From: Escherichia coli
GTDB lineage: Bacteria > Pseudomonadota > Gammaproteobacteria > Enterobacterales > Enterobacteriaceae
NCBI RefSeq assembly: GCF_003334765.1
Contig: NZ_QOWT01000001.1
Direction: 5' to 3' (one strand)
Length of the DNA: 64,000 nt
This document shows, piece by piece, positions 51,901 through 64,000 of this stretch. Numbering within the stretch: the first letter of the stretch is position 1; each line of letters begins with the position of its first letter. Both the position numbers and the translations under genes were made by a program. The notes under the pieces were generated by a model. The model had not been told where the DNA came from. It saw nothing but the letters and a program-made list of their open reading frames with translations, and did no database searches.

Positions 51901-53415
51901 ATGCAACAGTCTACCCCGTATCTCTCATTTCGCGGCATCGGTAAAACGTTTCCCGGCGTTAAGGCGCTGACGGATATTAGTTTTGACTGCTATGCCGGTC
52001 AGGTTCATGCGTTGATGGGTGAAAATGGCGCAGGAAAATCAACTCTCTTAAAAATCCTCAGCGGCAACTATGCGCCAACCACGGGTTCTGTAGTGATTAA
52101 TGGGCAGGAAATGTCCTTTTCCGACACGACCGCAGCACTTAACGCGGGTGTGGCGATTATTTACCAGGAACTGCATCTCGTGCCGGAAATGACCGTCGCG
52201 GAAAACATCTATCTCGGCCAGCTGCCGCATAAAGGCGGCATTGTGAATCGCTCATTGCTGAATTATGAGGCGGGTTTACAACTTAAACATCTTGGTATGG
52301 ATATTGACCCGGACACGCCGCTGAAATATCTCTCCATTGGTCAGTGGCAGATGGTTGAAATCGCCAAGGCGCTGGCGCGTAACGCTAAAATTATCGCCTT
52401 TGATGAGCCAACCAGCTCCCTTTCTGCCCGCGAAATCGACAATCTTTTCCGCGTTATTCGTGAACTGCGAAAAGAGGGGCGGGTGATCTTATACGTTTCT
52501 CACCGTATGGAAGAAATATTTGCCCTCAGCGATGCCATCACTGTCTTTAAAGATGGACGTTATGTCAAAACCTTTACCGATATGCAGCAGGTTGACCACG
52601 ACGCGCTGGTGCAGGCGATGGTCGGGCGCGACATTGGCGATATCTACGGCTGGCAACCTCGTAGTTATGGCGAGGAGCGCCTGCGTCTTGATGCTGTGAA
52701 AGCACCAGGCGTGCGTACGCCAATAAGTCTGGCGGTTCGCAGTGGTGAAATTGTTGGGCTGTTTGGTCTGGTAGGGGCGGGGCGTAGCGAATTAATGAAA
52801 GGCTTGTTTGGCGGGACGCAAATCACCGCCGGTCAGGTTTATATCGACCAACAGCCGATCGATATTCGTAAACCGAGCCACGCCATTGCCGCAGGCATGA
52901 TGCTCTGCCCGGAAGATCGCAAAGCGGAAGGCATTATTCCCGTGCACTCCGTTCGCGACAATATCAACATCAGTGCCAGACGTAAACATGTGCTCGGCGG
53001 TTGTGTAATCAACAACGGTTGGGAAGAAAACAATGCCGATCACCACATTCGTTCGCTCAACATCAAAACGCCGGGCGCTGAGCAACTGATCATGAATCTC
53101 TCAGGCGGAAATCAGCAAAAAGCCATTCTGGGCCGCTGGTTATCGGAAGAGATGAAGGTCATTTTGCTGGATGAACCTACGCGCGGCATTGATGTTGGTG
53201 CTAAGCATGAAATTTACAACGTGATTTATGCGCTGGCGGCGCAGGGTGTGGCGGTGCTGTTTGCCTCCAGCGACTTACCTGAAGTCCTCGGCGTTGCCGA
53301 CCGGATTGTGGTGATGCGGGAAGGTGAAATCGCCGGTGAATTGTTACACGAGCAGGCAGATGAGCGTCAGGCACTGAGCCTTGCGATGCCTAAAGTCAGC
53401 CAGGCAGTTGCCTGA
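51901..53415 (+). CDS. araG: arabinose ABC transporter ATP-binding protein AraG
   Basis: ORF track 51856..53415; start at ATG 51901 giving [23 protein letters not shown]...; duplicated ABC domains. Confidence 0.92.
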   Translation: MQQSTPYLSFRGIGKTFPGVKALTDISFDCYAGQVHALMGENGAGKSTLLKILSGNYAPTTGSVVINGQEMSFSDTTAALNAGVAIIYQELHLVPEMTVAENIYLGQLPHKGGIVNRSLLNYEAGLQLKHLGMDIDPDTPLKYLSIGQWQMVEIAKALARNAKIIAFDEPTSSLSAREIDNLFRVIRELRKEGRVILYVSHRMEEIFALSDAITVFKDGRYVKTFTDMQQVDHDALVQAMVGRDIGDIYGWQPRSYGEERLRLDAVKAPGVRTPISLAVRSGEIVGLFGLVGAGRSELMKGLFGGTQITAGQVYIDQQPIDIRKPSHAIAAGMMLCPEDRKAEGIIPVHSVRDNINISARRKHVLGGCVINNGWEENNADHHIRSLNIKTPGAEQLIMNLSGGNQQKAILGRWLSEEMKVILLDEPTRGIDVGAKHEIYNVIYALAAQGVAVLFASSDLPEVLGVADRIVVMREGEIAGELLHEQADERQALSLAMPKVSQAVA

Positions 53416-53426
53416 GTAAGGAGAGT

Positions 53427-56782
<3,356 letters not shown>

Positions 56783-56788
56783 GAGCGG

Positions 56789-57217
56789 TTAATCTCCCGT
56801 AAGTGGAACTAACAGCACATCGACCTCACTTGAGGCAATCACTCTTTTCGCCGAGCAGGATGCTCGCGAAAAGAAACTGTGATTGTGATTACCGCAAATC
56901 ACCAAATCGAAATGATGTTTGTGACATACTTCCAGAATATGTTCGCTTAACTCACCGTAGGCAATAAACGTCTTGTCAACGGGATACCCCGCATCCTGAA
57001 TTAACTTATCAAGAAAGCTTTGCGTTTCTTCCTGCATCACGCTGCGTAAATCTTCAAGCATCGGCGCAGCTAATTGATTGTACATTTCCGGGTCGGAAGC
57101 GAGAGTAATTAAACTGATGTGTCCCTTTACTGGCCTGGCGATAGATACCGCTTTTGCCAGCAGTTGCTGACTTTCCGGTGTAACCGCAACAGCGACAAGA
57201 ATATTGCTATAGCTCAT
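56789..57217 (-). CDS. uspC: universal stress protein UspC
   Basis: 142 aa ORF MSYSNILVAVAVTPESQQLL... Confidence 0.88.
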   Translation of the reverse strand: MSYSNILVAVAVTPESQQLLAKAVSIARPVKGHISLITLASDPEMYNQLAAPMLEDLRSVMQEETQSFLDKLIQDAGYPVDKTFIAYGELSEHILEVCHKHHFDLVICGNHNHSFFSRASCSAKRVIASSEVDVLLVPLTGD

Positions 57218-57987
57218 AACCTGTTCCTTATTCTGTGAACTTCAGGTGACATTAAAGCTTTACTCCTAATGGAGAAACGACGCAATCCCAACTCAGTCAA
57301 ACAGGTAAATATTAGTCTGATTATTAGTAAATACAATTAATCAATCACTCCCGGTGATCATATGATTTCAACTGTAATTATAAGAAAATAATGTACTGAT
57401 TCCCCGTATTAAACAAGTGGTTAATATATGCAAAACATTTTATTAACATTAAGTTGATTGTTGCCTTTCTTTGTATCTAATTAGTTTGTTGTGCGGTAAG
57501 TGTCTGTTTAAAAATAGCTTATCTGGTATTGCATGAAAGTGATTATTTATAGCAGATGATTATTTACGGTGAGTTATTTTAACTGTGCGCAACATCCCAT
57601 TTCGATTATTCCTGTTTCATTTTTGCTTGCTAGCGTAGCGAAAAACTTTTTAACAGATTGAAATACACCCAAAACAAAAGTATGGCTTATACATTTATGT
57701 TAAGTAATTGAGTGTTTTGTGTGATCTGCATCACACATTATTGAAAATCGCAGCCCTCCTCCGTAGTATGTGCGTGTAGTGACGAGTACAGTTGCGTCGA
57801 TTTAGGAAAAATCTTAGATAAGTGTAAAGACCCCCTTCTATTTGTAAGGACTTATTAAACCAAAAAGGTGGCTCTGCTTATTGCAGCTTATCGCAACTAT
57901 TCTAATGCTAATTATTTTTTGCCGGGTCTTCCCGGCGACATCACGGGGTGCGGTGAAACCGCATAAAAATAAAGTTGGTTATTCTGG
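57218..57987. promoter_or_regulatory. flhDC upstream regulatory region (AT-rich, no insertion element visible)
   Basis: About 770 bp AT-rich intergenic region between divergent uspC and flhD with no transposase ORF. Confidence 0.6.
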
Positions 57988-58347
57988 GTGGGAATAATGC
58001 ATACCTCCGAGTTGCTGAAACACATTTATGACATCAACTTGTCATATTTACTACTTGCACAGCGTTTGATTGTTCAGGACAAAGCGTCCGCTATGTTTCG
58101 TCTCGGCATAAATGAAGAAATGGCGACAACGTTAGCGGCACTGACTCTTCCGCAAATGGTTAAGCTGGCAGAAACCAATCAACTGGTTTGTCACTTCCGT
58201 TTTGACAGCCACCAGACGATTACTCAGTTGACGCAAGATTCCCGCGTTGACGATCTCCAGCAAATTCATACCGGCATCATGCTCTCAACACGCTTGCTGA
58301 ATGATGTTAATCAGCCTGAAGAAGCGCTGCGCAAGAAAAGGGCCTGA
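57988..58347 (+). CDS. flhD: flagellar master regulator FlhD
   Basis: 119 aa [30 protein letters not shown]... (true start may be a few codons downstream). Confidence 0.9.
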
Positions 58348-58349
58348 TC

Positions 58350-58928
58350 ATGAGTGAAAAAAGCATTGTTCAGGAAGCGCGGGATATTCAGCTGGCAATG
58401 GAATTGATCACCCTGGGCGCTCGTTTGCAGATGCTGGAAAGCGAAACACAGTTAAGTCGCGGACGCCTGATAAAACTTTATAAAGAACTGCGCGGAAGCC
58501 CACCGCCGAAAGGCATGCTGCCATTCTCAACCGACTGGTTTATGACCTGGGAACAAAACGTTCATGCTTCGATGTTCTGTAATGCATGGCAGTTTTTACT
58601 GAAAACCGGTTTGTGTAATGGCGTCGATGCGGTGATCAAAGCCTACCGTTTATACCTTGAACAGTGCCCACAAGCAGAAGAAGGACCACTGCTGGCATTA
58701 ACCCGTGCCTGGACATTGGTGCGGTTTGTTGAAAGTGGATTACTGCAACTTTCCAGCTGCAACTGCTGCGGCGGCAATTTTATTACCCACGCTCACCAGC
58801 CTGTTGGCAGCTTTGCCTGCAGCTTATGTCAACCGCCATCCCGGGCAGTAAAAAGACGTAAACTTTCCCAGAATCCTGCCGATATTATCCCACAACTGCT
58901 GGATGAACAGAGAGTACAGGCTGTTTAA
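58350..58928 (+). CDS. flhC: flagellar master regulator FlhC
   Basis: 192 aa ORF with zinc-binding Cys cluster. Confidence 0.92.
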
Positions 58929-58952
58929 CTGATACGGTGTGGCGCAACATTC

Positions 58953-58986
58953 CAGCAGCGGTAACGACGTACCGCTGCTTTTTTTT
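58953..58986 (+). terminator. Rho-independent terminator after flhC
   Basis: cagcagcggtaacgacgtaccgctgc hairpin followed by tttttttt. Confidence 0.7.
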
Positions 58987-59054
58987 GCCCCAATCGCGCG
59001 TTAACGCCTGACGACTGAACATCCTGTCATGGTCAACAGTGGAAGGATGATGTC

Positions 59055-59938
59055 GTGCTTATCTTATTAGGTTACCTGGTTGTTCTCGGTACAGTTTTCG
59101 GCGGTTATTTGATGACCGGTGGAAGCCTTGGAGCACTCTATCAACCCGCTGAACTGGTGATTATTGCCGGTGCAGGGATTGGGTCGTTTATCGTCGGCAA
59201 TAATGGCAAAGCGATTAAAGGCACGCTGAAAGCGCTGCCGTTGCTGTTTCGTCGCTCCAAATACACCAAAGCAATGTATATGGATCTGCTGGCTCTGCTT
59301 TATCGGTTGATGGCGAAATCGCGGCAGATGGGGATGTTTTCGCTGGAACGTGATATTGAAAATCCCCGTGAGAGCGAGATCTTCGCCAGCTACCCACGCA
59401 TCCTCGCGGATAGCGTCATGCTTGATTTTATCGTCGATTATCTGCGCCTGATTATCAGCGGTCACATGAACACCTTCGAAATCGAAGCCCTGATGGATGA
59501 AGAGATTGAGACGCACGAAAGCGAGGCAGAAGTCCCGGCGAACAGTCTGGCGCTGGTCGGGGACTCACTTCCGGCGTTTGGTATTGTCGCGGCTGTAATG
59601 GGGGTCGTTCACGCGTTAGGTTCAGCCGATCGTCCTGCCGCCGAGCTGGGGGCGCTTATCGCACATGCGATGGTGGGGACTTTCCTCGGTATTTTATTGG
59701 CTTACGGATTTATTTCCCCACTAGCGAGTGTTTTACGTCAGAAAAGCGCCGAAACCAGCAAAATGATGCAGTGCGTCAAAGTCACTCTGCTTTCTAATCT
59801 GAACGGTTACGCACCGCCTATCGCCGTTGAGTTTGGTCGCAAAACGCTCTATTCCAGCGAACGTCCGTCGTTTATTGAACTGGAAGAGCATGTGCGTGCG
59901 GTGAAAAATCCGCAACAACAGACGACAACCGAGGAAGC

Positions 59939-59942
<4 letters not shown>
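59055..59942 (+). CDS. motA: flagellar stator protein MotA
   Basis: 295 aa membrane ORF; GTG start. Confidence 0.92.
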
Positions 59943-62834
<2,892 letters not shown>

Positions 62835-62854
62835 ATGAGTAAAAAGGTAACAAT

Positions 62855-63358
62855 ATGACCGGTATGACGAATGTAACAAAGCTGGCCAGCGAGCCGTCAG
62901 GCCAGGAATTTCTGGTATTTACCCTTGGTGATGAAGAGTACGGTATTGATATCCTGAAAGTGCAGGAGATCCGTGGCTACGATCAGGTAACACGGATTGC
63001 GAACACGCCAGCGTTTATCAAAGGCGTCACGAATCTGCGCGGCGTTATTGTGCCGATTGTTGACTTACGAATTAAGTTCAGCCAGGTGGATGTGGACTAT
63101 AACGACAACACGGTAGTTATCGTCCTGAATCTCGGACAGCGGGTGGTCGGCATCGTGGTTGACGGCGTCTCAGACGTGCTTTCATTGACGGCGGAGCAAA
63201 TTCGTCCGGCACCGGAATTTGCCGTGACGCTTTCAACAGAATATCTCACTGGACTGGGCGCACTGGGCGACCGGATGTTGATTCTGGTGAACATCGAAAA
63301 ACTGCTGAACAGCGAAGAGATGGCGCTGTTAGATAGCGCGGCGTCAGAAGTGGCGTAA
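62855..63358 (+). CDS. cheW: chemotaxis coupling protein CheW
   Basis: 167 aa ORF. Confidence 0.92.
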
Positions 63359-63386
63359 TTCTCCCGATTTCCTCAATTGAAATGAA

Positions 63387-63414
63387 CCCGATGATCTGCG
63401 CATCGGGTTTTTTA
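63387..63414 (+). terminator. Rho-independent terminator after cheW
   Basis: cccgatgatctgcgcatcggg hairpin followed by tttttta. Confidence 0.7.
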
Positions 63415-63444
63415 TTTCAATTTCGCGGCGGGTGGCATCAGCAA

Positions 63445-63471
63445 TAAAGTTTCCCCCCTCCTTGCCGATAA
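63445..63471 (+). promoter_or_regulatory. sigma-28 (FliA) promoter of tar
   Basis: Perfect TAAAGTTT-N11-GCCGATAA about 30 bp upstream of the tar ATG. Confidence 0.8.
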
Positions 63472-63502
63472 CGAGATCAACTTGTTTTCAGGAAGGTGCC
63501 TT

Positions 63503-64000
63503 ATGATTAACCGTATCCGCGTAGTCACGCTGTTGGTAATGGTGCTGGGGGTATTCGCACTGTTACAGCTTATTTCCGGCAGTCTGTTTTTTTCTTCCCT
63601 TCACCATAGCCAGAAGAGCTTTGTGGTTTCCAATCAATTACGGGAACAGCAGGGCGAGCTGACGTCAACCTGGGATTTAATGCTGCAAACGCGCATTAAC
63701 CTGAGTCGTTCAGCGGTACGGATGATGATGGATTCCTCCAATCAACAAAGTAACGCCAAAGTTGAATTGCTCGATAGCGCCAGGAAAACATTGGCGCAGG
63801 CAGCGACGCATTATAAAAAATTCAAAAGCATGGCACCGTTACCTGAAATGGTCGCTACCAGTCGTAATATTGATGAAAAATATAAAAACTATTACACAGC
63901 GTTAACTGAACTGATTGATTATCTAGATTATGGCAATACTGGAGCTTATTTCGCTCAGCCAACCCAGGGAATGCAAAATGCAATGGGCGAAGCGTTTGCT
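63503..64000 (+). CDS. tar: methyl-accepting chemotaxis protein Tar (aspartate receptor), N-terminal portion, runs off window end
   Basis: ATG at 63503; MINRIRVVTLLVMVLGVFALLQLISGSLFF... TM1 plus periplasmic sensor domain. Confidence 0.85.
   Translation, partial: MINRIRVVTLLVMVLGVFALLQLISGSLFFSSLHHSQKSFVVSNQLREQQGELTSTWDLMLQTRINLSRSAVRMMMDSSNQQSNAKVELLDSARKTLAQAATHYKKFKSMAPLPEMVATSRNIDEKYKNYYTALTELIDYLDYGNTGAYFAQPTQGMQNAMGEAFA

Overview
The window reads as an Escherichia coli-type chromosomal segment (flagellar regions II/III and neighbours), in reverse orientation relative to the usual K-12 map. Gene order: hchA (partial) - yedS - yedR - yedJ - dcm/vsr - yedA - yedI - yodC - dgcQ - yedP - dsrA - yodD - dsrB - rcsA - fliRQPONMLKJIHGF / fliE - accessory block (emrE, ybcL, ybcM, degenerate IS200/IS605 element, truncated yedK) - yedF - yedE - yedD - amyA - fliTSD / fliC - fliAZ - tcyJ - dcyD - tcyLN - sdiA - yecF - uvrYC - pgsA - tRNA Gly/Cys/Leu - yecA - tyrP - yecH - ftnA - yecR - azuC - yecJ - ftnB - araFGH - otsBA - uspC - flhDC - motAB - cheAW - tar (partial). 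Almost all of it is conserved backbone with recognisable products. I did not find a convincing wholly novel multi-gene system. The features that depart from the K-12 reference are: (1) an AT-rich accessory block between fliE and yedK carrying emrE-ybcL-ybcM plus an IS200/IS605 remnant whose tnpB fragment is fused to a truncated yedK; (2) an in-frame amber codon splitting the diguanylate cyclase gene dgcQ; (3) an apparently intact yedS porin; (4) divergent fliC/fliD alleles. All protein identifications rest on reading the translations against remembered family sequences; no database search was run, and comparisons to K-12 are from memory.
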